Shown here: in pieces, positions 47,782 through 61,030 of the stretch
How positions within the stretch are numbered: the first letter of the stretch is position 1
Layout of the letters: each line of letters starts with the position of its first letter
Source of the DNA: Octopus bimaculoides
Lineage: Eukaryota
Direction of reading: 5' to 3'
Assembly (NCBI RefSeq): GCF_001194135.2
Contig: NC_068986.1
Span: 6,488,788-6,552,787 of the forward strand
Length of the DNA: 64,000 bases
Made by a program: the position numbers and the translations under genes
Notes under the pieces: model-generated
The model's input: the letters and a program-made list of their open reading frames with translations, nothing else
What the model was told of the DNA's origin: nothing
Databases searched by the model: none

Positions 47782-50700
47782 TTTTATTTAATGCTTTACA
47801 AGACCTAAAGACTGAAAAGAATTTGACTTCTCAGTGAAAAGAAAATGTTCCAAATATAATGTTAGCTCTCTTGAAAATCTTCATTATACATGTAGGTACA
47901 AAACAAGTTGTTCACTTGTGACCTTTTGGTATAGTGTAGTAATAATTTCAATTGATCTGTTGATGAAATGTGTTCTTTGCCAACATTATTTCTGATGTTG
48001 AAACAAAAATCAAACCCACCTTTTTATTACTTACATGTCTAGTTAAGTATTCTTGTAATTGTTTTGTGAGCCAGATAACTTTGTGCTATGTATATAGAGA
48101 TGATATCAATTTGGGGATTTTCTTAATATACGGTGTAATTTTTTGTGAGAGTGAACTGTTAATATATTAGTTTAAAAAAAGAAAGTGTAGCTGAGAATGC
48201 TTGCATTTAGTTCTACCATGTATTTTCTGTTGTCTCAATGAAAACCACCTTAGTACTGTCGGGTTTAGATTTATTAAGATACCTTGTATCCACTATTCCA
48301 CATAATACTATAATATAATAAATAAATATCAGATATAATGTTACACAATTGGTGTATCTGTTTCAACTGAATTGACTGATGTGAATTATTAACCAGATAT
48401 AACTGCTTCAAACATAATTAATCCATATAAATTCTAAATACCGATATTTTACACCATTTTGGAGTTAGTTCCACTGAATTGCTCACTTACTTCATTTCAA
48501 TGATTTCTCAAAGAATTCTAGTGAAATGTTTGAGGTTTGGTGTTGAGATCTTCCTGACTGCCAACAAATCTTTTTTTTTTTTTTCATCAGTAGCTTCATT
48601 GTGGCATGCCTTAGAAAGAAATCTTTCCGGTCTAGAATGGCCATTCTGTTCCTTGTAGATTTGTCATCATTCTAACTCTATTCTTTCTCTTTATTAGTAA
48701 ATTTTTCAAACTTTTTAACATATTTTACACTTACACCATATACCATTTTCCTTTCTTTCCAAACACAAGTGTTACCCACTTGCAATCTTAACAGCTTCTG
48801 ATTAACCTTTTAATACTTGATATTGATAGATTTCTGACAGAAGCGTGGTTTGAGGACAACTGAAAAATCATTTAGCATCACTAAATACTATTTCATTTTT
48901 ACTTTTAGAAAACACTTGAATCACTTTCTTTGCTCATGTACAGTTAGTTCACAGTTAAAAAAGAACCCGTACTATTAAAACTGCACCTAAAAAAGAGTGG
49001 ACTCTTTTAAATGATGAATAATACTTTTTAGTTCTGAACAATTGCTGTCACTTGATATGTCTCACCATGGAATACTGCTTACATAGTTTCAATACTATCC
49101 TTGCGTCTTGTAGCAAAACATTAGTGAGCACCTTGGAAAAAACCATCTACCTGAAATGACAAATCTGCCATCCTGAACTGCCTCCAATTTCTGCTTCATC
49201 AGCCTTTTTTTACAACTCTGTGTACCTGCTTTATACCTCTCACTTTTACTATTGTATCTCTTGTTTATGACCTTTATACTGTCTCATTTTTTTAGACCCT
49301 GTTCTAAAAACTTTGCTCTATCCATGGTCTTCAGAACTACGTTCATAGTGAACAGTCTCCCCACTCCCCATGTCTTCCCATCAAACAGTTACAGTTCAAA
49401 CTGAACACGTCAACCATATTAATGCCTCAGTCATTCTGAGAATGAAGGCTACAAAGGACCATGTGACTTGTGTCATTTCTCCTCCAAGCAAGTCATAATC
49501 CACCCAAAAGTAGTAAATGCTACTTTGGTTGATCAGATCTGATATGAAGTCATCAAAATGTTGTTGAACTCATTATGACGATTCCCATCAACCTGACTTC
49601 AGCATTGAAATATATACTTGAACATGGTTTGTTTTCACATTCTTCATTGTCTTAAATGAGTGTGTCACTAACAAAATCCTACCCCTTCCTCTCAACTTAT
49701 GTCAATTTTGTTTTCTACCCTACCACCTATCTTCTAATTTATTTGTTCGCTGGTCTGTTTTCATCAAAAAGCTTAAGATCATCTAAAATTAACGTGTATT
49801 TGTACTCTGTTTTATGCTGAGTACAAATACCTCGCCCCTTCCCTCTCCTTTTTGTGTATAAACAGGAAAAAAAAATTCCTTGCCTAATAAAAATGTTAAA
49901 AATTTATACAAAACTTAATCAACAATAATACTACGAAAGAGTTCATAAAAGAAAACATATATTCAAGCAATCATATTTCAAGAAAGCATTACAGCAATCT
50001 GTATTTTCTTGTTGAACAATGAAAGTAGCAAACAAATTGTTGATCAAAGTTCTTTTCTATATTATAACCTTTATTAACAGTTATTTCAAATTAAGCATTT
50101 AAAAACAAAAAAATTTGGAATTTTTTTCTCGTTGTAATAATCACTTCCTGTGGTAATGTTTAATTTTGATACAGCCAGATCTCTATGACAACCATTTCTA
50201 TCAAATAGGCTAAGACCCTCTGCCTTACTTTTGTTCTTGACAATCTTGGTTCAGTCTTTGGTTTCTTCTTCATCTTCACTACTCTCTGCAGTCCCTTTTC
50301 TTCATTTTTTTTTTTTTTTTAAACCATTGGCTTTTTTTTTTTTTTTTCCCTTTTAGGAAAACCAAAGGGGAAGCTTACTTGGTATCTCAGGTTGGCTGTG
50401 AAATAAAAACAAATAAAACTGCTAAAGAGATGACCATGTATTTTTAGATTTTTGTTAGAAAGTGAGAATGGTTGTTTGTGTATGTATGTGTGTGTGTCTT
50501 TCATGAAACTTCAGATATCTATGACATGTTAATATATTGATGTTTATTATCATTACCAAGTAAGCAAAGAAATTATTGAAATTCTGTTGCTTGCATTGTA
50601 ATATAGTCTGAGACTATAAACCATTGCAGCATTATTTATTTCTTAAACATTTATTATTTTTGTTATTCAAAAATTTAAATGTCAGTTAATGTTTCATATT

Positions 50701-53700
50701 AATCTGAACTTTTAAAACCCTGTTTACTCCTCCTTTTTTCATGGATTGTAATAAATCCTTAGTATTGTTGGTTATTTATCAGTATTGAAACAAGTTGTCT
50801 GTTATTGTTTTAGTTTCTAGTGAATATGGTCGCCAACTTTTTTTTTTTTTTTGCCAGATTAGTATAATAATAATTCTATCTCCTGTTACTGTGGTAACTT
50901 AATGTTATTCACTTTTGTAACCATTGCTGAAAATGAAGTTTCCAGTCAACCCTTCAGTTGGTTTCTTAAATTGTTCTTTTCATTTAACTAATATCGAATT
51001 TGATATTGCTTTATTTTGACATTTATAGGAAAATATCATTTGACATTTTAACTTGATTTTTATAGAAAGAAAGAACTATTTCTTCACTTACTATATTTTA
51101 AATTTAGTTCAGTTATCTTTAAATTGGAATTTCTAACCTTCAAATATTGTATATTAAATGGACTATTAGGGAGGGTGGTGGATTGGCAGAATTGTTAGAG
51201 CATTAGAAAAAATACCCTGCAGTTATTGCTTTGGTTTTTTATGTTTTAAGTTCAAATCTCACTGAGGACAACTTTGTGTTCCATTATGGAATTGATAAAG
51301 TTAAATAGCTGCCAAGGACTGGGCTTGGTATAATCAACTGTTCCTTTTTCCCCTGGTCAAAATACAATGCTGTATTTAGTTAACGTTAAAATTCCACCAA
51401 AGTTGAATTCATTTTATAGTTTACCAGATGCCAATAAAATAATCAGGAAATCAATACTAATCAATATAATCAACTGTTATCTCCCCAGATTTATGTCTGT
51501 GTCAGATCAGTTGAGGCTGTGGCATAATTTGAACTTGGAGTGCAGAGAGCTGGAACAGCTACTGCAAAGCAATCTGATAATCTAACAACTGCCAATTGGT
51601 CATCTAGTGGCGTAATTAGTAGTGTCAAACTAAATCAGATAGTATAGTGGCATAATTAGTAAAGTGTTGGACTAAATGTTGTGTTATGTCTACATTCTCA
51701 CTTCTTACTGAAGTTGATTTTTTTTTTACATTCATTCTTCCTAGGTCGTTAAGTACCAGTCAAACATTGGGGTTGATATAATCAGTTACATTCCTCCCCA
51801 CAACATTGTGGCCTTGTACCTATAATTATTAGGGTTTTTTTTTTTTACTCTACTAGTTAATGAACCAGGTAAAATTAATCTTGCATTCATCTATCTGTAC
51901 ACAATAGAATTTAATGATTTAGATAGTAGACTATTAAAGCTTGCCAGCATAAAATGTTGTCTAGATATTATGCTTGGCGAAAAGTTTTGAGTTATTAGTT
52001 AAAAATATTTTCATTGTCTAATTTCATAATATTCTTCATAACACTCCTTATATTGAAGAGCTTTCAACCATTGATAATACATCCGTGAATGAATCATGGA
52101 TAATCATTTTTTTTTTTAAACACTTTTCAAATAAGATCAAAGTATATGGAATCTCCACTTTGGAGTATCTTGTTAGCTAATTCTGAGATTTTCTACCATA
52201 ACAGACACTTGTTGATCTAAAATATTTTGTTTTACACCATTTTAAATCAATAGGATTTGAAGGATTTTTATTTCTTTTTTAGCTGGCTTGCAAACTAATT
52301 TAAATTAGTTTTATTTGTACTCAATCCATTTATTCAACAGTCATTGTTTACATTAATAAGTCTTATGAGTTTAAAATTAGATAATTTATTTTTTTATAAT
52401 TTTAAATTAAAATCCTTGAATATTATTTTTGATTGATATCTTTTAAGTCGAGCAATAAACCTATATCAGAGGCCCTTTGTGAAAATTAGTTTAAAACAAT
52501 AAGTATTTTTTAAAGAAAAGCAGTATGTATACACATACATTACAAATTGACTGAGCTTCAGCTACCTACTTGAAACAGTACATTATTGTGTGTATTTTTG
52601 TTTTTCTGTTTGTATTGGTTTCCAGTTCGTTGGGCCAATTAATATATGAACAAGTCCAGTTGGTTTGGCTAACTTAGCTAAATTGTACAAGCATGATACA
52701 AGTACATTGTTGTTGTGTAGCTCTGAGTCAGCTCTGGTTGAGCGGACGTTATTATTAGTACGATGTTGAATCTGTGGGTGACATTTTCTCCAGGTCCTAT
52801 TAAATAAATGTTTAATGTTTGTATTACAATTTTTTAATGCCCAAATTAACGCACAGACATGTCTAAAATGAAAGAAGATATAATGCAAACTGCAAATTTT
52901 CCAGATCTTCAAAGAAGCTTGTTATTTTTAGCATTCTAGATATTTGATAATTTATCTAGAAAAGGGGACATTTTCTTTTCTATTGCAAAATTACAACTTT
53001 TACTATTTTCTCATTTTCTCTTCACTTTTAGAAGAATGAAAATGAAGAAAATGATTTTTAAAAAAACAGCTTGTAAAAAATTTTTCACAGGGCTGCATGT
53101 TTTACTAGAAACATGAATTTAATAGATGCATGATTCTTATTTTTAACCCTCTAAACTAGAGAAGTCCTCTTATTGACCAGCCAAACCCCTCAAGGCCAAT
53201 TTAATTGGTAGAGCCAATTTATAGCATTTATTTTGTTATTTCTCTTTCGTGATAAAAACAATTTTGTATCCAAGTGATATGAAACTATGATAATTGTGCT
53301 AAATTTCTATCGGATACTGCTTCAGTAATTATTCCCTGCATGGCTAACTGGTTCATTGTACATTCACTAGTTTCTCCCTCTGCTGACTAACCCATCTCCC
53401 TCCTTTTTGGTGGCTGTCCCTACGCACAATGCTTTATTGGTGACTTAAAAATGTAGACTAATTAAAACAACGATGATACTGTTTACTCTGATAATGACAT
53501 CAATGATTGAAGATAAGCAGATTTTTTATTTATGCCAAAGGAGAGACTTTTTAAGCATTCTATATATGTAATCTAGTCACTCATGTTACCTCAATTTGCA
53601 TATCTGCTAATTTCTTAGAATTTTTGGAATGTGTACTATTAGGTCTGCAGGCAGTTTTGTCATCATTGTTACTGGTTAACGATGTCCATAATTTTTTTTT

Positions 53701-56209
53701 TTTTAATTTAGTTGTAACTGTCTTCATAGTCCTCATTGTATTTTCTTTATTCAGATGACTGAAAAATTATTAAATACGTTGTTCACGCATGCTATGAAGG
53801 CTATTTAAAAGAAAATGGTGTGAAAATCTTGTGTGCATGTTTATATAATCCTCCACCTTCATTGCATATATCTTTACTGCAATTATTGACTTCCAAAGCA
53901 GGATATTAATGGTGTCAATCATGCTGGTCTAGGAGGGTCTGCAAAGCCATAGGTACTGTCTCCTACTTCAGGCCCAGTGAGTAATATATATAGCATGTAT
54001 ATACACCATTGAAATAAAGATTAGTTTTATGTTAAACTTAATCTTGAAATTGTTAATGTTAATATGATGGTCATTACTACAGGAACTGCATTATATTTGT
54101 TAATATCGTTGTGAATTTCTCAGGTTTGTTTTTGTTATTCTCTAAAGTTTCTCAGTGAATTAACATTAATAATGTAAATATTCAACAACAAAAATATAAG
54201 TAGGGCACAACTTCTGAAATTGTATGCACTCCATTTTGTACTTCTTCATTGAAGGCTTGAAATTGTTTTCTGGGTGCATATAAACATTTGTTTTCATCTC
54301 CTTTAACTAGATACTGTAGGATTAATACTAAAAAAAATGGATCAGGCTGTAGACTGGCAAGATCATTAGAGTATTGAATTAAATGCCTTACAGTATTGAG
54401 CATTGTTCCTGTATGTTCTGAGTTCAATTCTGCCATGGTCAATTTTGCCTTTCATCTTTTCTGGGTTGATAAATGTTTGTGGCTTTCTGCCTGTATTTGA
54501 AATTTTAATTAATCTGTAGGTTACTGATTTTCTGTTCATCTCCTGTCAACTAAGTTGCTCTCCTCAAACTCGATGTAGTTTCTATTTTTTGTTTTGGTTT
54601 GAGAATTTGGCTGAATCTACAGCAATTGCTTAGTTAGAAATTAGTAAGGCTTGAGAAAATTAATTTAACATTTATTCTGCATACTTTATTAAAAAAAAAT
54701 TTTCTATAAAAGTATTTTTACATTCACACTAAATTGAAAATTTTTTTCTAACCCATCTAAGTATCACTAGTTAGTGTCTAACTTAAGCTTTTTTTTTAAA
54801 GTATTTTTGAAATATATAAATACAAAGAGGTATTTCTATTTGCAATGAAAATGTCTCCCAGAATCTATTCATCAAACTCACTGAGTTTTACTTCTTGTTT
54901 TTCTTAGACTGATTTTTGTGTGTGTGTGATAATGTTGAAAAAAAAAAAAATTTTTTAAGAGATTATAAGCTTGTTATCGATATTAACTAAAGAGATTCTG
55001 AAGATCGTTGACATGAAGTGGTGAAACTTCTATGAACTGACACACTGAGCAGTTTATTTTCCTGTGTCCTAGTCAAATATTCCAAGACTGAATCCGTGTG
55101 TGAGGACTTCAGATCACAGAAAATTTTTTTCATTGTTTTTACCAGTTTTTACCAAACAAATGAAAAATTTCTTAGGTTTTCTATGTTGAAATATCTTCAA
55201 GATTTCTTATACTGCCAAAAACAAACAATAAAACAAAAAAAAAAATGTGGAAGGAAATGGAAGATTATCTTTATTTCTAGCAAGTGTCAAATTCTTTGAA
55301 ACAANNNNNNNNNNNNNNNNNNNNNNNNNNNNNNNNNNNNNNNNNNNNNNNNNNNNNNNNNNNNNNNNNNNNNNNNNNNNNNNNNNNNNNNNNNNNNNNN
55401 NNNNNNNNNNNNNNNNNNNNNNNNNNNNNNNNNNNNNNNNNNNNNNNNNNNNNNNNNNNNNNNNNNNNNNNNNNNNNNNNNNNNNNNNNNNNNNNNNNNN
55501 NNNNNNNNNNNNNNNNNNNNNNNNNNNNNNNNNNNNNNNNNNNNNNNNNNNNNNNNNNNNNCCTGGCAGGTATATTCATTCAAATATTAGCCATAATCAG
55601 TCTGATCTTTCTAAACCTATTTTGTCATTCTCTGTCATGGTTATTCTATCTGTTCAGATATATTATATAAACATATTTTTTTTCTCACCCACAGTCTGGT
55701 TTAAAAGATATGACGACTATTATTTGGCTAAAGTTTAAACCTAAAAAACATAAAAAGAAAAATCTTATCCCTCCACTCCAACCCAACTCTTAATTGTACA
55801 TCTTTTTATAAATTTCAATTCATTTTTGAATTTAGTTTTTTTTTTTTGTTTTGTTTTGTTTTTTTTTGGTAGGGGGCTGTGTCTTTTTTTTTTTGTTGTC
55901 TTCTGAAATAAACTAAAAGAACAAATTTATATATGAGTTATTCTTTTCAATTTCATGTCATCACATTCACTTTTCCAAGCTTGCATGGGTCCAGCAAAAT
56001 TTGAGTTAAATTTTTACTGCCAGCTATGATGCTCTAGTTTATATGGAGGTTGTCCGTAACACATTCTTCATGACATCACTTGATTCAGAAAGAAATATGT
56101 ACATGAACTTACAATTTCATGGACTAATCGTGTCTAAAACCTTTAAAATCCCATAAATGATATGCACTTGCTCAGACATCAACAAAAATGCATGATGTAG
56201 AAATATGAA

Positions 56210-56506
56210 TGTGTGGTCGATGCCAGTGCTGCCTGACTGGTCTCGTGCTGGTTGCATGTGAAAAGCACCATTCGAGCATGATCGTTGCCAGTGCCACCTG
56301 ACTGGCCCTTGTGCCAGTGGCACGTAAAAAGCACCCACTACAGTCTTGGAGTGGTTGACAGTAGGAAGGGCATACAGCTGTAGAAACTTTGCTAGATCGG
56401 ATTGGAGCCTGGTGTAGCCTTCTGGCTTGCCAGCCCTCAATCAAACCGTCTAACCCATGCTAGCATGGAAAGTGGACGTTAAACGAGGATGGTGATTATG
56501 ATGATG
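56210..56506 (+). mobile_element. Family C copy
   Basis: Reverse complement of the 29977 copy; ends catgctagcatggaaagtggacgttaaacg then degenerate (gat)n. Confidence 0.8.
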
Positions 56507-56744
56507 TATGAGCAATTTCACATAAGACAATGAATTAATTTATGATGAATAGAAATTCTTGTGCTAAATCAAGGCAAATAATACATTCTTGTAAGTTACT
56601 TCCCTTGAAATCCTGCAGAGGATCATGTAATCTTGACTATTCCAAAATGCTGGGGATTACTATGTAGACTGTTTGAAGATTGTGGAGATTTACCCAACAT
56701 GAAACCATTGGTTACCTTGTTAATCCCCAACTGAAGAATATTTA

Positions 56745-56894
56745 CAGTAATCCCTCACCATATCTATGGTGTTGTTTCGCATGTATAATAAAACAAATAA
56801 TAAAAAAAAATACAGTACTGTTTCTACTTCATGGATTTTCACCTATCGTGGGGGGTTTTGAAACATAACACCTGCGATAGTCGAGGGATTACTG
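56745..56894. mobile_element. Tc1/mariner-superfamily MITE (copy 2, same family)
   Basis: TIR cagtaatccctc / gagggattactg, TA flanks; shares the gcgatagtcgagggattactg end with copy 1. Confidence 0.85.
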
Positions 56895-56956
56895 TATTCC
56901 CCAAATGTGGTGTTGAGCACTCATTCTCACTGTTCAATACTCTGTGTGTGTGTGTG

Positions 56957-56987
<31 letters not shown>

Positions 56988-57081
56988 GCATATACCATCC
57001 ATATATACACAGATACAACCACCACACATGCACAAGCTTAAACACCTGTATGTATTTGTGTGTGGGAATGGTGTATCTATG

Positions 57082-57116
<35 letters not shown>

Positions 57117-57864
57117 CTCCAACATGTAGGTATGTCAGCTTCAGCTAAGCTAGATTTTCTTCATGACTCCAATGTGATTTCATGATATTTTACTATTTCA
57201 TGTGGAGTGATTTCCAAGTAGTAATAGCCTTATAATTGCATAACCAATAGAAAACATTCACCTTCCAGTAAGTGGTAGAAAATCTTGAGCCTTTCCTCGC
57301 TCCTTATACTTACAAAATTGGTAATGTGCATGCAAATAACTAGTTCATGGATACATTGTTATTAAAGTAATGTTGCCTTCAAGGCAGCATTATTTTTATG
57401 AAAGCTGAAGATGGACACACTCAAACCATTTGTGCTGTAAAATTTTATGAAAGTGTCTTTGAAAGAATAAAACATCCTTCAATCCTGCTGAAATAGAGAT
57501 CAGATGCCTTTCTACAAATGAGACTTTGTGTGTTGCTGCAGTGGTTTGATGAAAATAACAAAAGAAATCCAGGACATTTGTCAAGTGAGAGGAATCTTAA
57601 TAAATTTTGACTTCATTGTGTATGATATTCAGAATACAACCATTGAGTTATTTATAATTGCACCTACCTATTGAAATACATAAATACATACATATGACTA
57701 CTTTTTAGGTGTTTTCTTAGACTTCAAAACAAATTTCTATAAACCCTTCCATGAGCCCAACAAAAATCTAAAATATATTAAGCACTCTTGTCACCCACCT
57801 ATTATATTCGTATTTAGGAACTTAATTTCAAACCATCTTTTTGCTTTTACCAGCTTGATAATAC

Positions 57865-57902
<38 letters not shown>

Positions 57903-58052
57903 TTATTAAGGGTTCATGAATATCAGATGGGTTGCTCCCTAATAAAAACCTTATTGCACTGTTGGAATTTGAAAGACCCTCGCTTCTTGTTCTGCATTGA
58001 CAACCATGTGCAACATATTACCATCAAGGAAAACTACAATTGTCATTAAATG

Positions 58053-58272
58053 TGACAAGTGTTAGAACACTTATGTTGCTAGAAATAAGAGCTAAGAAGC
58101 TCTAGTGTTGTAGTTAAAGCACATAATTGTATACATATGTACTGACAGGTACTGTAATCATCCAAAAGCACAGTCACTGTCAGTATTTATGTATATAATT
58201 ATGTGCTCTAACTACAGCATTAGAGCTTCTTAGCTCTTATTTCTAGCAACATAAGCGTTCTAACACTAGTCA
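58053..58272. repeat. Long inverted repeat (103-bp arms, 14-nt loop)
   Basis: 58053-58155 pairs with 58170-58272 without indels; 93 of 103 positions Watson-Crick by hand count. Confidence 0.95.
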
Positions 58273-58283
58273 TATTATTTAGT

Positions 58284-58599
58284 AGTGGCTTAGTGGTTAG
58301 GACATTCGGCTGATGATTGTAAAGTTGTGAGTTCAATTCTTGGTGATGCATTGTGTCCTTGAGCAAGACACTTTATTTCACATTGCTCCAGTCCACTCAG
58401 CTGGCAAAAGTTAGTTGTACCAGTAATTCAAAGGGCCAGCCTTGTCACTTTCTGTGTCATGCTGAATCCCTCTGAGAACTATGTTAAGTGTTCTCATGTC
58501 TGTGGAGTGCTCAGCCACTTGCGCATCAATTTCACGAGCAAGCTGTTCCATTGATCGGATCAGCTGGGACCCTCATTGACATAACCGACAGAGTGGTCT
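58284..58599 (+). mobile_element. tRNA-derived SINE family D (Meta/V-like core)
   Basis: A-box tggcttagtggttag, B-box gagttcaattc, tgtgtccttgagcaagacacttta core; partial relatives near 62260-62430 and 63121-63265. Confidence 0.75.
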
Positions 58600-59127
58600 C
58601 TCACACACACACACACACACACACACACCAATTCAATGAACAAATAATTCAAAAGAAAAATAAAAAACGAAAATAAAAGAAAAAAAAACAACGGGAAGAT
58701 GTTCACAAGAAATATATTAGCCTGATGCTCAGTGAAAGGATAGTTTAACATTTCAAGCATAGCTCTTCATTGGAAAGGAGATGGTTGGTATGTGTGTGTG
58801 GTGTGGTGGCGTGTGTGTGATAGCATGTGCATGTATGGTAGCGTGTGTGTGTATGTGTGTGTGTGTAGTAACATGTGTGCATGTGCTGGTAACTCTGTGT
58901 GTGAGTAGTCTGTGTGTGGGTGTGTGTGTAAATATACTCACACATATTGAATGCATCTATGTATACATTATTGAATGGCCATTGACTCGCAGGATTTCAT
59001 TAATCTTTTGACAACCTTTGTTTCTTGTCCTGCAGGTTGTTCAAAACAACCTTTTTCACAAAGCTAGCTGGGTGGAGTTGCCAATAACCCAAACATACAA
59101 CAGGTTGTACTGGTTATAAGTTGTATG

Positions 59128-59171
<44 letters not shown>

Positions 59172-59348
59172 ACTTATAACCATATATATATATGTATGTG
59201 TATGTTTGTGTGAATGTGTGTGTGCATTATAATGAACACTATGGGTTGGAATTTTTCACTGAATATTTGAGTTCATTTATATTTACTTGGGTCACAGTAT
59301 CCATCCGTCCCTCTTCACTTACCCCACTTTCTATTTTATCTATGTCTG

Positions 59349-59395
<47 letters not shown>

Positions 59396-59396
59396 A

Positions 59397-59435
<39 letters not shown>

Positions 59436-59715
59436 CTGTTTGTCTGTCTTCCTATTTACCTATTTGTCCATCTGCCTATCTATCTATCTGTCCATTTGTC
59501 TGTCTTCTATCTGCTGCATTTATTTATAATTCAAGATGTCTGGAAAGAAACCATCAACTAGAACTGAAGATAGTAGTATGAATACGAACTGGAAAGGGAT
59601 TATACTGGATATCAAAATTTGATGTTATAAAAAGGCTTGATACAGATAGAAAAAAAAAACTCAGCCACATGGCCTAAACATTAAAGTTTCTTATGTCTAC
59701 AGCAGGACATGACAA

Positions 59716-59929
59716 TCCTTTCTACTATAGGCACAAAGCCTGACATTTTGGGGGATGGGAGCTAGTTGATTACATCAACTCTAGTACATTACTGGTACTT
59801 ATTTCATTGACCTTGAAAGGATGAAAGGCAAAGTTGACCTCGGCAGAATTTGAACTAAGACTGTAAGGATGTACAAAATGCCACAAAGCATTTTGCCCAG
59901 TGTGCTAATGATTCTGCCAGCTCACCACC
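59716..59929 (-). mobile_element. SINE family B copy (degraded + copies near 3525, 51175, 51690, 54345, 61365)
   Basis: atcctttctactatag...gatgaaaggcaaagttgacctcggcagaatttgaac...ttctgccagctcacc. Confidence 0.85.
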
Positions 59930-60088
59930 TCAAGAAGCTACTGTATTTACCACTTGAATCTTACTTTTCCATTGATCTCATGTAATGCTTAAAAATGGAA
60001 CAGCTCTTAAACGTATGAAGTGAGGATCAAATTCAGCACAATGTCGATAAGCACAATTGTAATTTTAAAAAATTGCCAAAACTATGTA

Positions 60089-60295
60089 CAAGGTGGTGTT
60101 GAGAAGTTCCTGGGTATTGCATAAGGCTTGGCTGGCGGCCCAAATTTTCGAGGTCTTTTACAAAGCTTAGAAAAACTGAAGGAGTCCTGCAATGAGTGTG
60201 AATCTAAGAGGGGAATATGTTAAATAAAATCATAATTAACTGATTCTCCTGCATTTTCTTTTACCCAAAGCCAGGAACTTTTCAGTACCCCCTCA
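60089..60295. mobile_element. Mariner-derived MITE
   Basis: TA-caaggtggtgttgagaagttcctgg ... ccaggaacttttcagtaccccctca-TA imperfect TIRs; interior retains LEKLKESCNEC..RGEYVK, like a mariner C-terminus. Confidence 0.7.
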
Positions 60296-60311
60296 TACGA
60301 CGATTTACTCT

Positions 60312-60444
60312 TTTACTTGTTTCAGTCATTTGACTGTGGCCATGCTGGAGCACTGCCTTTTAGTCGAACAAATCGACCCCAGGACTTATTCTTTAGATGC
60401 CTAGTACTTATTCTATCGGTCTCTTTCGCCGAACCGCTAAGTTA
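60312..60444 (-). mobile_element. SINE family A 3-prime part
   Basis: ttttacttgtttcagtcatttgactgtggccatgctggagcac... nearly identical to the reverse complement of the 33593 copy's tail. Confidence 0.85.
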
Positions 60445-60790
60445 GAAATCTATGGATGCACATACGCACATAATAGAGAAAAATTAAACAAATATGGACG
60501 ACTTGCTCCGAAACACCACCGAGTGGGGAACGCTTCTCAAAAATAACCAGCAGTTGTTTCCTTCAAAATTCCTACATGCTTGAAATGTACATACATCAAG
60601 GTATATTTGTAGAAAATTTCACGAAAAGATATTAATTTTCCTGGAAGTTAAGAAGAATTTAAATGGACTCTGTTGGAATTTCCGAAAATTGTCCCCCACC
60701 CCCATTCCAAAACACATCCATTTTTCTGAAAGTTATGACCTTCCAAAGTCTGTGGGGTACAACTCTGTAGTTATGCCGTAAAATGTATAA
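60445..60790. mobile_element. Helitron/Helentron-like insert splitting a SINE
   Basis: SINE-A sequence stops at ctaagtta (60444) and resumes near acaaacaccagcatt (about 60792); the insert carries cccacccc and gaaagttatgacc...ggggtacaac motifs. Confidence 0.4.
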
Positions 60791-61030
60791 TACAAACACC
60801 AGCATTGTCACAAGGCATAGGCATATTCCCACTGAACAGTTACCGGGAGGCCTGATTCTGATCTATGCATTGCTGTAACTTGCTGCCAATAAGTACATAA
60901 TATAGGGCCCAGTGCACTGATTTGCCCAAGGGCCCTTAATGCTACTATAAGACAGCCCTGATACGTAGCATAAATAGTATGTCGTATTAAATATTTAAAA
61001 CAACTGGAGAATTATTTCCCTTGTATTCAA

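Noticed and set aside
58284-58360. tRNA gene
   Set aside because: A and B boxes are present but continue into a SINE core with no cloverleaf or terminator; the same applies to the family A and B heads.
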